Translations under genes and position numbers: made by a program | DNA from: an uncultured Spirochaetota bacterium | GTDB lineage: Bacteria > Spirochaetota > B62-G9 > DRHN01 | Assembly (NCBI GenBank): GCA_964521865.1 | Contig: CAZFTJ010000016.1 | Coordinates: 20,302-84,301 of the forward strand | Direction: 5' to 3' | DNA length: 64,000 nucleotides | Notes under the pieces: generated by a model | Databases searched by the model: none | The model's input: the letters and a program-made list of their open reading frames with translations, nothing else | What the model was told of the DNA's origin: nothing | Part shown: piece by piece, positions 28,047 to 39,807 of the stretch | Numbering within the stretch: position 1 is the first letter of the stretch | How the letters are laid out: each line of letters starts with the position of its first letter

Positions 28047-29047
28047 TTGATTTGGTGCTGTTCGTTTCAGTCGCACTTGTCCTGGTGTTTTCATTTTCAA
28101 ACGGAATGAAAGACGGATGTAACGTTACAGCCACGGCCATTGCTTCGCGATCGTTTTCCAGAAGAAATGCGATGCTCATAGTCGTCTCTGCGGAATTTCT
28201 CGGGCCTTTTGTGCTGGGTACGCCGGTTGCCATTACCGTTGCAAGCGGAATAATCAATATAGATATTTTACCGGTCGGAAAGGAGGCAGTTCTTTTGATC
28301 CTTGCCGGGATTACGGGGGCGCTGTTATGGAACGTTGTAACATGGGTGTTCAGGCTGCCGACAAGCTCATCATTTGCCCTCGTCGGCGGCTTGATAGGAC
28401 CGCCTCTCTATCGGTTTGGAGCTGCGGCTGTGCCGTGGAAAATATTTTGCACCAGAGTGATCGGCGCACTGTTTTTTTCACCGATTTTCGGCATGATCTT
28501 CGGTTATCTGTCATACAGGATGCTCGAATATTTTTTCAGGAATGCATCGTTCAGGGCAACGAAATACATCATGAAGGGACAGATTGCGAGCCTTGTTTTT
28601 CTGGGGCTCAACCATGGAAGCAATGATTCTCAAAAAGCAATGGGAATTATCGCCCTTCTCCTGTTTCTCGGGGGGAAAACGGCGGGGATCCAGATTGCTT
28701 CATGGATAAAAATGGCAAGCATCTCATCGCTTGTCCTGGGTATAACGATGGGCGGGGTTAAAATTATAAAGACGGTAGGTTATAGTATCTTTCAACTTCG
28801 TCCGATTCATTCGCTTTCTTCACACATATCGGCATCCGTTGTTCTGCTCTTTTCGAACATGGCCGGTGCGCCGGTGAGCACGACACAGGTCATTACCTCG
28901 TCGGTAATGGGAGTCGGGAGCGCATTCAGGGTAAAGAGCGTCCGCTGGTCGCTTATTTTCATAATTATCTGGAGCTGGATTCTTACGATACCTCTCTCTG
29001 CGCTCGTTTCCGTCATCATATACATCTTTATTATCGCAATATTTTGA
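28043..29047 (+). CDS. Inorganic phosphate transporter, PiT family
   Basis: NGMKDGCN..AT, PTSSSFALVGG, HGSNDSQKAMG, PVSTTQV signature. Confidence 0.93.
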   Translation: MIDLVLFVSVALVLVFSFSNGMKDGCNVTATAIASRSFSRRNAMLIVVSAEFLGPFVLGTPVAITVASGIINIDILPVGKEAVLLILAGITGALLWNVVTWVFRLPTSSSFALVGGLIGPPLYRFGAAAVPWKIFCTRVIGALFFSPIFGMIFGYLSYRMLEYFFRNASFRATKYIMKGQIASLVFLGLNHGSNDSQKAMGIIALLLFLGGKTAGIQIASWIKMASISSLVLGITMGGVKIIKTVGYSIFQLRPIHSLSSHISASVVLLFSNMAGAPVSTTQVITSSVMGVGSAFRVKSVRWSLIFIIIWSWILTIPLSALVSVIIYIFIIAIF

Positions 29048-29685
29048 AAAACAGGGCAACAGAAATGAGAAAACATATATTTTTCATGAAAAGAAACAGA
29101 GTCGATTTTTATCAGCTGCTTATCGATCACGCCCAAAAAGTATATGAGGCATACAAGTTTCTTGTCGATTATCTGGAACAAAATTCAAACAGCGATCCGG
29201 AAAGTATATTTTTTCTGGAGAGAGAGGCGGACGATCTGCGCAGAATACTCATAGAGAATCTGAACAAAACACTCATCACGCCTTTCGACAGAAAAGATAT
29301 ATTCGCACTTTCACGAGCAATTGACGATATCATCGATGCGGCAAAGAGCACAATCGAGGAGATCCGCCTTTTTAAAATTGAGCACACAAATGATCTTCTG
29401 CTGAAATCGAAGACCCTGAAAGCCGGCACACTTGAAATTTATGATGCTCTGAAAAATATGAAAAAGAATCCGGAAGTTGCGATGGAGCACGCAAAAAGGG
29501 CAAAGGCAACGGAAAACCAGATGAACATACTCTATCTGGAATCTCTTGCACAGCTCTTCGAAAACGATGAAAACACACCTGCATTCATGATGAAAATGCG
29601 TGAATTGTACAGGCATTTAAAACGATCTGCAAACAGATGCGACGAGGCGGCCAATATCATTTCCGATATAATCGTGAAATCCTGA
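29044..29685 (+). CDS. DUF47 family protein
   Basis: LEREADDLRR...LITPFDRKDIFALSRAIDDIID. Confidence 0.9.
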   Translation: MKNRATEMRKHIFFMKRNRVDFYQLLIDHAQKVYEAYKFLVDYLEQNSNSDPESIFFLEREADDLRRILIENLNKTLITPFDRKDIFALSRAIDDIIDAAKSTIEEIRLFKIEHTNDLLLKSKTLKAGTLEIYDALKNMKKNPEVAMEHAKRAKATENQMNILYLESLAQLFENDENTPAFMMKMRELYRHLKRSANRCDEAANIISDIIVKS

Positions 29686-29748
29686 TTTTTTAAATCCCAT
29701 CCGGCTCAAGGGTACCATGCAGAATAGTACGGCGTGAAACCATCTCTT

Positions 29749-31503
29749 TTACAGTTTGCTGCCGGCCTTTTTAATATGTTTCTCTATGAATTGGAGGAGA
29801 AGGAGGAGGTGCTTCTGCATGGATGCGCTGCGGCTGTAGATCCTGGACGCCTCGAGTGTGCTGTCTTTAAGAAAAGCGAACCTGTCAATAAATGCTCGAA
29901 TATCAAGAGTGTGTTCGTTGAGGTGTGATTTTGCATCGTCGACCTCTTTCTTGAGAGTATCGAGGAACAATGAGGCGTTTTCACGGCTCAGGGAATGGGT
30001 GCGGCGAAGCCGGAGGGGAGGTTTTTTCTTTTCGACGAACCCATAGCCGGCAAGCTCTTCCAGATTGCGGCGGGCGATACCGGCGATATCAGCACCCGAT
30101 TTTGTAACATTGATAACCCTGTTTCTGTAATTTATCCTCGACTCGATCCATTTCAGATAGTTGATGAATACAAAGTCCGATAAAACGGGTTTTCCCTCGA
30201 TTCCGCGCACAAATGCGACGTCTCTTTTCTTTATCGAATTCGCTAGTCCGGTGTGCAGGGTGCTGAACCTGTTGCTCGTTCTGAACAGCTCGTTATAAAA
30301 GGGAGAGGAGGCCACGTGCGTTGCGTATCCCGTGTATGAAAGGTCGAGGCCCGTGACGAACACCGGGTCTGCGCCCAGGTAGAGAGCGAGCTCCATGGCA
30401 GTTGTGGCAACGGAGCCCCCGCATTCGAGTGACCCGGTGCCGCGAAAATGTTTGTGCAGAATCGGTGAGAGTGAGTGGGCTTTCCGCTCTTCTTCCCCGT
30501 AGAATCCTGTGCGATCGAAAGCAGGTGAGTAGGAGGTTTCACTGAAAAATACTCCGCCTTTCCAGTTTTTTAGAATGAGCGGGCAGGCAACGATATCGGC
30601 AACGAGAAGGGAGCGCCGGTACACCGTTTCAGCCGTCCGAGTATCGGTAAAGAGAGTGAAAAAGTCGTAGGTGTTGAAGTACTGTGCGTCGAGAGTGACG
30701 ATAAAATCGGGAATAATGCCTCCGAGCACGAGCGGCCCGACTGCTGTGTCGACGGCAATGATGTGCACAGCCTGAGCTATTGGTGCAATAAGGGGAAGCT
30801 GGTTTTTCAGTGAGGGGCCTGCCCCTATTACGAGCGCAGGGCTCTGCGCGAGTGTGTTTTTCAGAGCCGCGATCGTTCTCTTTCCTGCAAGGAGGGGGAT
30901 GTTGTCGATGAAATTTTTCAGCCACAGACTTTCAAAGGCAAACCGGGTGAGCATGTCGGAGAGCCTCGCTGACATGCGTGCGGTAAATGCCGTCTGTATC
31001 TTCGTGTAGTAGTCCCCGAACAGATCGAATGCCCCGCGGAGCCTGATTATGCGGTGCCCTCTGAACGATACGGGATTTATAGCGTCAAAGTACTCGACAA
31101 CAGAGGAGAGGTCTTCGCCGATGAAAAGTTTTACCCCACGCAGAAAACGGATATCGCGATTGTGTACCAGGATGGTGAATGCTTCAACACTTCTTTCAAC
31201 AGCAACCAGCTCCATTCCGGCGGTATCGTACAGCTGTTTGAACCTTTCGACATGATACCCTAAACCCAGACCGAGAAAAAGAACGAGAGTGCCTTCCCGT
31301 ACTGGGATATTCTGAACCGATCTTTGCGCCTCGCTCTCAGGATTGGCTTTGGAGTGAAATGCGTGCTTGCCGCGGTAAATGTTGGGGGGTGGACCCTGCA
31401 CGAAGGTGTACGGCACCAGTCTGTCCGGAGGAAGGAGCTTTTTCAGCAGGCCGGTAAAGTGGGCGGCGAGAAATTCGATATTTTTATCGAACGGTGATTC
31501 CAT
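29749..31503 (-). CDS. Motility-associated factor (MAF/DUF115, MptE-like) glycosyltransferase-family protein
   Basis: FLGLGLGYH, IGAGPSL, IAVDTA, GGSVAT, GLDLSY. Confidence 0.82.
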   Translation of the reverse strand: MESPFDKNIEFLAAHFTGLLKKLLPPDRLVPYTFVQGPPPNIYRGKHAFHSKANPESEAQRSVQNIPVREGTLVLFLGLGLGYHVERFKQLYDTAGMELVAVERSVEAFTILVHNRDIRFLRGVKLFIGEDLSSVVEYFDAINPVSFRGHRIIRLRGAFDLFGDYYTKIQTAFTARMSARLSDMLTRFAFESLWLKNFIDNIPLLAGKRTIAALKNTLAQSPALVIGAGPSLKNQLPLIAPIAQAVHIIAVDTAVGPLVLGGIIPDFIVTLDAQYFNTYDFFTLFTDTRTAETVYRRSLLVADIVACPLILKNWKGGVFFSETSYSPAFDRTGFYGEEERKAHSLSPILHKHFRGTGSLECGGSVATTAMELALYLGADPVFVTGLDLSYTGYATHVASSPFYNELFRTSNRFSTLHTGLANSIKKRDVAFVRGIEGKPVLSDFVFINYLKWIESRINYRNRVINVTKSGADIAGIARRNLEELAGYGFVEKKKPPLRLRRTHSLSRENASLFLDTLKKEVDDAKSHLNEHTLDIRAFIDRFAFLKDSTLEASRIYSRSASMQKHLLLLLQFIEKHIKKAGSKL

Positions 31504-31671
31504 AGATACATTACAGCGATGTCATCGTCTAAACTCTGTTCCTCCGGTCTCTTATGGTTTTATACGTTGTAATATCGGCATTCATGCCGGAGAACGCTAG
31601 CTCGTCCGACCTGCGGCCGCCTGAATGGGTTCACCGTATCTCGGGAGGCCGAATAAAGGACATGAGTCCGA

Positions 31672-33126
31672 TCAGCCCTTTTTGGCAAAAACCTTGTTGA
31701 AGTTGTCGACGATTTTCGAGTTTCTCAGAGCAGCCTGATACCAGTCATTGAAAAGATAGTTCTGCTTTAAATTCGTGTAGACCTGATACATGTAATCCTT
31801 TGCTTTTTCAAAATCGTCCTGATTGAATTTCTTTTCATCGACGACTTTGAAGATTATTTCGCCGTTGGATGACGTGAGCGGACCGCCGACCTGATCGATG
31901 TTTGTCGAGAAAACAATTTCTGGAAGGTTTTTAATTCCCATGAGATCGTAGAGCGGCAGCGAACGATCCTCATTCAGGATGTACTGGCCTTCGAGGGATA
32001 TGTAATCCGTTTTTTCCAGCTTTAGCCCCCCCTTTTTTACAATATCTTCAAAAGAGCCCGGTTCTTTGGCGGCCTTTGCAAGGATCTCTTTTCCCTTTTG
32101 GGCAACCCTCCGTTCGACTTCATCCCGATGTGCATTTACATACTCCTGCTTCACCCTGTTTATAGCTTTGTCATAACTCAGTTTCTGCACGTCATCCAGA
32201 GCTTCTATAATATGATAGCCGAATACCGTTTTTACGGGTGTGCTTATTTGCCCTTTTTTCAGCTTGAAAGCAGCTTCGGAGAACTCTGGGACCATGTCCT
32301 TCCTGTAGAACCAGCCGAGATCTCCTCCCTTGTCCGCTGTAGGATCCTGCGATTCTTTTTTTGCGATTTCCTCGAAACGGGATGGATCTTTCATAACTTC
32401 TTCGTAGATCTGGTTTGCTTTTTTCTCGTTGCCCTTGATCAGGATGTGCGCCACATGAGCTCTTTCGAACAGCTTCGGGTTTTCCTCATAAAAGGTTTTC
32501 AGCCGGTCCTCCGGTACGTCATCGTATCTCAGGAACACGTATTCGATCTTTTTTCCATACGAGTAGAGCTGATAGAACGAGCGTATCTCGAGGTCGGTGA
32601 CAAGGGTGTTTCGTATAAATTCATCGATGAACATACCGATGATGAGCTGTTCCTCCTCCGCCTTGTAGATGCGTTTTTTATCGGATTCGGGTGTGCTCAT
32701 GTACCGTTTCTCATCGAACTTCTTGTTGGGTGTGGCGTAGTAGCCCTTTTCTATGATCTGTTCCAACACCATATCCTTGCTTACCCTGACGCCCTTTTTT
32801 TTTGCATACTGAAGAATCAGGGTTCGCTGAATTACGGTATCCAGCGCCCTGCGCAGCAACTGGAGGTTTTTCTTCTCCGTCATGTTTTCATCGCCGTTTT
32901 TTTGCCGCTCTTCCTCGTAGTACTGTCTATAAAAATTTGCGAACAGAGAGTCGCTTCCCATGGAGACTGTTTCGCCGTTAATAACGGCGACATTCGGGCC
33001 GCCGCCCCGCTGCTTTGCGGCATAGTTGTAGGCAAAGCTGCCCACAAAGGCGACTGCGACGAACCCGATTATAGCAGAGACGAAGTATTTTTTTATCTGA
33101 GACTGCTTTTTTTTCTTATCCGCCAT
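31672..33126 (-). CDS. Parvulin-type peptidyl-prolyl isomerase (SurA/PpiD-like)
   Basis: N-terminal TM, SurA-like domain, AHILIK...GGDLGWF...MVPEFSEAAF...KTVFGYHII. Confidence 0.9.
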   Translation of the reverse strand: MADKKKKQSQIKKYFVSAIIGFVAVAFVGSFAYNYAAKQRGGGPNVAVINGETVSMGSDSLFANFYRQYYEEERQKNGDENMTEKKNLQLLRRALDTVIQRTLILQYAKKKGVRVSKDMVLEQIIEKGYYATPNKKFDEKRYMSTPESDKKRIYKAEEEQLIIGMFIDEFIRNTLVTDLEIRSFYQLYSYGKKIEYVFLRYDDVPEDRLKTFYEENPKLFERAHVAHILIKGNEKKANQIYEEVMKDPSRFEEIAKKESQDPTADKGGDLGWFYRKDMVPEFSEAAFKLKKGQISTPVKTVFGYHIIEALDDVQKLSYDKAINRVKQEYVNAHRDEVERRVAQKGKEILAKAAKEPGSFEDIVKKGGLKLEKTDYISLEGQYILNEDRSLPLYDLMGIKNLPEIVFSTNIDQVGGPLTSSNGEIIFKVVDEKKFNQDDFEKAKDYMYQVYTNLKQNYLFNDWYQAALRNSKIVDNFNKVFAKKG

Positions 33127-33246
33127 CCCTTCTCCCGACAAAAGTCAAGGATACAATAACCTACTATTCACCTGAAGGACAGTCAATTAAAACCTTTTTA
33201 TATTGAAATTTTTGCAGTATCCTAGTATGTATCAGTGTTCCAATGA

Positions 33247-34542
<1,296 letters not shown>

Positions 34543-34628
34543 GATGGGATGTGGGACAACCATGATGAGAAGCGTGTTTTGAGCGGAAAGGCTCTCATTT
34601 AATACGTATATTTATCGGGGAAACAGGG

Positions 34629-36317
34629 ATGAAAAAGACAAAGTACGTGATTGGTGTGGATTTCGGTACGGACTCCGTGCGTTCAATCGTAATCGATGCG
34701 GAAAACGGGAAGGAAGTGTCCTCCTGCGTATCGAACTACAAACGATGGGGCGAGGGCGCTTTCTGCGACCCGTTTAAAAACAGGTTCAGGCAGAACCCGC
34801 AGGACTTTATCGAAAGCCTCGAGGAATCGGTGACCGGTGCGCTGAAAGGTCTCGGGGATGAGGAACGTGAAGGTGTTGTCGGCATCGGAGTCGATACAAC
34901 AGGGTCAACTCCGGCCCCGGTCGACAGGGAGGGGACCGTTCTTGCCCTGAAAGATGAGTTCAGGGATAATCCAAACGCCATGTTCGTGCTCTGGAAGGAC
35001 CATACGGCTGTTGAGGAGGCGGAGGAGATAAACAGAGTTGCACGAACCTGGGGCAGTACTGATTTTACGAAGTATGAGGGGGGGGTCTATTCATCGGAGT
35101 GGTTCTGGGCCAAGATACTGCATATTCTTCGGGAGGATGCAGCGGTGAGAGAGGCTGCCTTCTCATGGGTCGAGCATGCGGATTGGATACCGGCCCTTCT
35201 CACCGGGCATCTCGATCCGCTGACACTCAAAAGGAGCAGGTGCGCCGCAGGGCACAAAGCAATGTGGCATCAGGAGTGGGGAGGGCTGCCTCCGGAGGAG
35301 TTTCTGGTTGCCGTTGACCCGCTTTTAAAGGGTCTCAGAGCTCGGCTGTATACAAAAACCTTTACCTCGGACGAAAGTGCCGGCGGCCTGAGCGCTGAAT
35401 GGGCCCGGAGGCTCGGTTTGAGAGAAGGCGCTGCAGTTGCTGTCGGTGCGTTTGATGCCCATATGGGGGCTGTGGGCGCTCAGGTTCGGGAAAAATCATT
35501 TGTAATGATACTAGGCACATCGGCCTGTGATATGGCGGTTGCATCTGTTGATGTGGTGGGTGACAAACTTGTCGGCGGTATCTGCGGGCAGGTGGACGGG
35601 TCCATCCTGCCCGGAATGATCGGTCTCGAGGCCGGGCAGTCGTCGTTTGGAGACGTGTATGCCTGGTTCAGGGATGTGGTCATGTGGCCTATGAAAAATA
35701 TGCTTGCCGACACCCCTGCAGGAGGAAATCAAACGGTTGAGAAAAGCATAGAACAAATAGAAGATACGGTTGTGACGCGGCTTTCAGAGGAAGCGTCAAA
35801 ACTGGATGCTGAAGAATCGTGGCCCGTATCGATCGATTGGCTGAACGGCCGGAGAACCCCCTATGCGGATCAGAGGATGAAAGGGGCTGTCGTCGGCCTC
35901 AGCCTGGGCACGGATGCGGTGCGGATTTTCAAGTCTCTGGTGGAGTCGACCGCTTTCGGCGCGCGGGCTATAATCGAGCGGTTTCAGGACGAGGGTATCG
36001 AGATCGAGGAGATCGTCGCAGCGGGCGGTATTCCGAAGAAATCTCCGTACGTGATGCAGGTGCTGAGCGATGTGATGGGAATGCCGGTAAAGGTGACGCT
36101 CACGGACCAGTCTGGCGCTCTGGGCGCCGCGATGTTTGCTGCGGCTGCAGCAGGCCTGTACGGGACGGTCGGAGAGGCACAGGAAAAGATGGGAAGCGGG
36201 TTTATCAAGACCTACAAACCGGATGCAGAGCGCACGGCATTCTATAAGAGAATGTACATCAGGTACGGGGAGATCGGTTCGATGCTCGAGGAACAGTTCA
36301 GGCGACAGGCGGATTGA
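34629..36317 (+). CDS. araB: Ribulokinase
   Basis: GVDFGTDSVR, LWKDHTA, GGVYSSEWFWAK, DWLNGRRTP. Confidence 0.95.
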   Translation: MKKTKYVIGVDFGTDSVRSIVIDAENGKEVSSCVSNYKRWGEGAFCDPFKNRFRQNPQDFIESLEESVTGALKGLGDEEREGVVGIGVDTTGSTPAPVDREGTVLALKDEFRDNPNAMFVLWKDHTAVEEAEEINRVARTWGSTDFTKYEGGVYSSEWFWAKILHILREDAAVREAAFSWVEHADWIPALLTGHLDPLTLKRSRCAAGHKAMWHQEWGGLPPEEFLVAVDPLLKGLRARLYTKTFTSDESAGGLSAEWARRLGLREGAAVAVGAFDAHMGAVGAQVREKSFVMILGTSACDMAVASVDVVGDKLVGGICGQVDGSILPGMIGLEAGQSSFGDVYAWFRDVVMWPMKNMLADTPAGGNQTVEKSIEQIEDTVVTRLSEEASKLDAEESWPVSIDWLNGRRTPYADQRMKGAVVGLSLGTDAVRIFKSLVESTAFGARAIIERFQDEGIEIEEIVAAGGIPKKSPYVMQVLSDVMGMPVKVTLTDQSGALGAAMFAAAAAGLYGTVGEAQEKMGSGFIKTYKPDAERTAFYKRMYIRYGEIGSMLEEQFRRQAD

Positions 36318-36569
36318 AGTTTCCCCACTACCAGGGTGGGCCCGGATCCATCTTTGTTACGGGCATCAAGGGGTGCAGCAGCACGGCTCGAGGAGCCCGG
36401 GCACCGGTGCTTTGTGGGACGAAGGCGTCTTTTCGGCAATAAAAGCCGGAAACAGGTACCGAAACGGCTTTCATCCGCCGGACGCACGCGCTCTGTAGAA
36501 TGCCGTCGTCAAATGGGTAATAAACTGCTTTCGGCACTTTCAGCTCGGGTAACTCGAAAGGATGAGAGA

Positions 36570-37268
36570 ATGGCTGAAAAACTGGAAAAACTGCGGTACG
36601 ATGTGTACAGGGCCAATATGGAGCTTTTTGAAAAGGGGCTGGTCATATATACCTTCGGAAACGCATCCGGCATCGATCGTGGGAGCGGCACCGTTGTTAT
36701 AAAACCGAGCGGCGTCGATTACGACAGGCTCTCTCCTGACAACATGGTGATGCTCGATCCTGACGGAAAGGTTCTTACAGAGGGGTACAACCCCTCATCC
36801 GATACGAAAACCCACCTCAGACTGTACAGGGAGTATGAAGGAATAGGCGGTGTGGTGCATACGCACTCCCGGTACGCAACCGCATGGGCACAGGCAAGAC
36901 GCTCTCTGCCCTGCCTGGGAACGACTCATGCCGACTATTTCTACGGCGAAGTACCCTGCACACAGGTCGTCAGTGACGAGCAGATCATACGCGATTACGA
37001 GGGGGAAACGGGTGCCGCCATTATAGAGAGGATGAAAGGGCTGGATGTCGATCACATGAAGGCAGTGCTCGTTGCCTGCCACGGGCCCTTTGTCTGGGGA
37101 AAGGACCCGGATGAGGCGGTGTATCTGAGCGTCATGCTCGAGGAGATCGCGCATATGGCCTATGTGTCCGTTTTGATGAATCCTGAAGCGGGGAATATCA
37201 AAAAGACCCTTCTAGACAAGCATTATCTCAGAAAGCACGGGGAAAACGCATATTACGGACAGAAGTAG
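36570..37268 (+). CDS. araD: L-ribulose-5-phosphate 4-epimerase
   Basis: TFGNASG, IKPSGV, PSSDTKTH, VHTHS, GTTHADYFYG, KHYLRKHG..AYYGQ. Start moved to ATG 36570. Confidence 0.95.
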   Translation: MAEKLEKLRYDVYRANMELFEKGLVIYTFGNASGIDRGSGTVVIKPSGVDYDRLSPDNMVMLDPDGKVLTEGYNPSSDTKTHLRLYREYEGIGGVVHTHSRYATAWAQARRSLPCLGTTHADYFYGEVPCTQVVSDEQIIRDYEGETGAAIIERMKGLDVDHMKAVLVACHGPFVWGKDPDEAVYLSVMLEEIAHMAYVSVLMNPEAGNIKKTLLDKHYLRKHGENAYYGQK

Positions 37269-37468
37269 GGAGGTTTACCGGATTCTCAACCGTCAAACCT
37301 TTTGCTTTTCCGTGAAATCGAACGGAGCCGGACAATACACGGCTTTACTCGCGACTTTATCGGATTATAAATAAGCTCGCTCTCGATTGCCGACCACATC
37401 CCGAAAAGGAATTTATATTTGTATTTTTTTTGACATGATGGTATACTTCGGTGAGATAACATGTAATA

Positions 37469-37491
37469 ACAAGATTATGGGATAATATGAT
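37469..37491 (+). promoter_or_regulatory. Putative operator, shared with 53549-53571
   Basis: ACAAGATTATGGGATAATATGAT downstream of TTGACA (37430); 20/23 match to the other copy. Confidence 0.55.
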
Positions 37492-37607
37492 AACGTATAA
37501 AAAATCCCGGTGCGTGCACCAGTGGTATGATCCGGATGCGACACCTTCGTATAATAAAGTATTCAAGACATTAATAAAATTACGTTAAGAGAAAGGGAAC
37601 ATAAAAA

Positions 37608-38447
37608 ATGAACATCGACCGATTGAGCGTGTGTATTGAAACAATCTTTCCCGGCAGGGTCCCCTATGAGAAACAGATACGCACCTGCGCATCATTAGGA
37701 TTCAAAGCGTATGAATTCTGGTATCATGATATGCAGCGGGACCCCAAAGGCGGCTGGATAGAAAAGGAAGATGCCAAAGACCTCGACGTGATATACCGTC
37801 TGAATCAGGAGCTGGGACTGAAGCTCGTTACTTTCACGCTGAATTCGCCGCATGCGGATCACGGCGGTAATCTCGTAGATGACCGGGGAACCGACATGAT
37901 GATGAGGGAGCTTGACCGCCTGATTCCGACAGCACAGAAGCTAGGCGTGCAGCAGCTCATTACATTTGTAGGCAATGAGCGACCGGACATGACACGATCC
38001 GAACAGATGAAAAAGGTGGTTCTGTCACTGAGAAAGATGGATAAGATGCTGGATGAAACCGGTGTGGAGCTGACGATCGAGCCTCTCAGCCACCCGAAGT
38101 ACAGGGGCTGTCTGCTTCCGACAATCAAGGATGCGGGAGAGCTCTGCCGCGAGGTCGGGGGAAAACATATAAAGATTCTGTACGATTTCTATCATGTGCA
38201 GATCATGACAGGTAATCTGCTAGCTTATCTCGAGAAATATATCGAGCATATCGGGCACATTCATATCTCCGGCGTTCCAGGTCAGCACGAGCCTGCGGAG
38301 GGTGAGATAAACCTTCCGTTTGTTCTTAAAAAACTCCCTGAAATGGGGTATCCCGGGTATTTCGGTCTCGAGTATTATCCTCTCAAAGACCCGGTGTTAT
38401 CACTCAATGAGACTATAAAATATCTTGCGGATGTGGCGTATTTTTAA
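37608..38447 (+). CDS. TIM-barrel sugar-phosphate isomerase/epimerase (Hyi-like)
   Basis: TIEPL, YDFYHVQ, GHIHIS.VPGQHEP..GEIN, GLEY. Confidence 0.85.
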   Translation: MNIDRLSVCIETIFPGRVPYEKQIRTCASLGFKAYEFWYHDMQRDPKGGWIEKEDAKDLDVIYRLNQELGLKLVTFTLNSPHADHGGNLVDDRGTDMMMRELDRLIPTAQKLGVQQLITFVGNERPDMTRSEQMKKVVLSLRKMDKMLDETGVELTIEPLSHPKYRGCLLPTIKDAGELCREVGGKHIKILYDFYHVQIMTGNLLAYLEKYIEHIGHIHISGVPGQHEPAEGEINLPFVLKKLPEMGYPGYFGLEYYPLKDPVLSLNETIKYLADVAYF

Positions 38448-38540
38448 TTTGTTTGCTAAAATTTAAATAATTGATACAGAAGTTGATAAAGGTGAATAAC
38501 AGTGCTATTTTTTTAATAAAATTAGAAATAATACCGGTTG

Positions 38541-39758
38541 CTATGAATTTGCATTATTAGAATTATAATACTCAATCAGAATATCCAACACCTCTGGACG
38601 GCTAAATTGGGCGGGTGGCTTGCGTCCCTCTGAAAGCATCTTGCGTAATTCTGTGCCACTGATGAGCAGGTGATCTTCATCAGAATGGGGGCATGTATTT
38701 TTTGAACACATCTGTTCACATGTATTACACCAGAATGTCCAATCGATTTTAAGCGGTTTAATAAATAGTTCATTTGGAGAAAATTGATCAAATATTTCTT
38801 GTGCATCAAACGGACCGTAGTAATTCCCGACTCCAGCATGATCCCTGCCAATTATGATGTGACTGCAGCCGAAATTCTGACGTATAATTGCATGTAATAC
38901 CGCCTCCCTGGGACCTCCATACCTCATTTCCATGGGATATACCTTTAGGATGACTTTATTTTTCGGGTAGTATTTTTCGAGAAGCGTATTATAGCATTTT
39001 ATTCTTACTTCAGCGGGAATATCTCCTTCTTTTAACTTCCCAACGATTGGATGAATAAAAAGACCATCATACATTTCCAATACGATTTTTGTAATATATT
39101 CATGAGATCGATGGATGGGATTTCTTGTCTGAAATGCGACTATAGTCTCCCAACGTCGTAATTGGAACAGCCTCCGTGTTTCGATTGGCCGGGCATATTG
39201 AGGAAATTTTACAGGATATTTTCCCTCATGAAAAACACGTACTTCTCCTCCAATATAAACATCCCCCTTTTCATAGATCTTTTTCACACCTGGATGTTTT
39301 TCATCATCTGTTCCGAATATTTTTAAAGCCTCTTCTTCTTTATCATAAGAAAATTTTTCCCTCACCTGCATGGTACCAATAATGTTTTCCTTTTCAGGTC
39401 CTATGAGTGCAATTTTATCATTTTTCCTAATCAAATCCGCTTCCTCTTTTGAAATTGAAAGAGTAATGGGCATTGGCCATAGGGTACCATTGTTCAGGTG
39501 CATAGTATCGAGAACGCAACGGTAATCTGATTTAATCATAAATCCGTTTAAAGGACTAAATGCGCCGATTCCGAGCATGATTAGATCTGACGTTTCAAGT
39601 GTGGTTAATTTGATTTTTTTTAATGTATGTGCTTCATTGATCAGAATCTTTTGCTCATCTTCTTCATTCACAAGAAGTTCTTGGAAAATACCCCCACCAT
39701 GAAAAGGAACTATCATGTGATTATTATTAAGCTGATTTCTATTTTTTTTATTATTCAA
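38541..39758 (-). CDS. sat: Sulfate adenylyltransferase (ATP sulfurylase)
   Basis: FQTRNPIHRSHE, MRYGGPREA..HAIIRQNFGCSH.I.GRDHAG. Confidence 0.95.
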   Translation of the reverse strand: MNNKKNRNQLNNNHMIVPFHGGGIFQELLVNEEDEQKILINEAHTLKKIKLTTLETSDLIMLGIGAFSPLNGFMIKSDYRCVLDTMHLNNGTLWPMPITLSISKEEADLIRKNDKIALIGPEKENIIGTMQVREKFSYDKEEEALKIFGTDDEKHPGVKKIYEKGDVYIGGEVRVFHEGKYPVKFPQYARPIETRRLFQLRRWETIVAFQTRNPIHRSHEYITKIVLEMYDGLFIHPIVGKLKEGDIPAEVRIKCYNTLLEKYYPKNKVILKVYPMEMRYGGPREAVLHAIIRQNFGCSHIIIGRDHAGVGNYYGPFDAQEIFDQFSPNELFIKPLKIDWTFWCNTCEQMCSKNTCPHSDEDHLLISGTELRKMLSEGRKPPAQFSRPEVLDILIEYYNSNNANS

Positions 39759-39807
39759 TGATCAATTCCTATTTATAATTATTTAAAAGCTATCTTATAT
39801 ATTTCCT

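Noticed and set aside
36336-36569. 78-residue N-terminal extension of AraD
   Set aside because: No resemblance to AraD; ATG 36570 gives a normal length.
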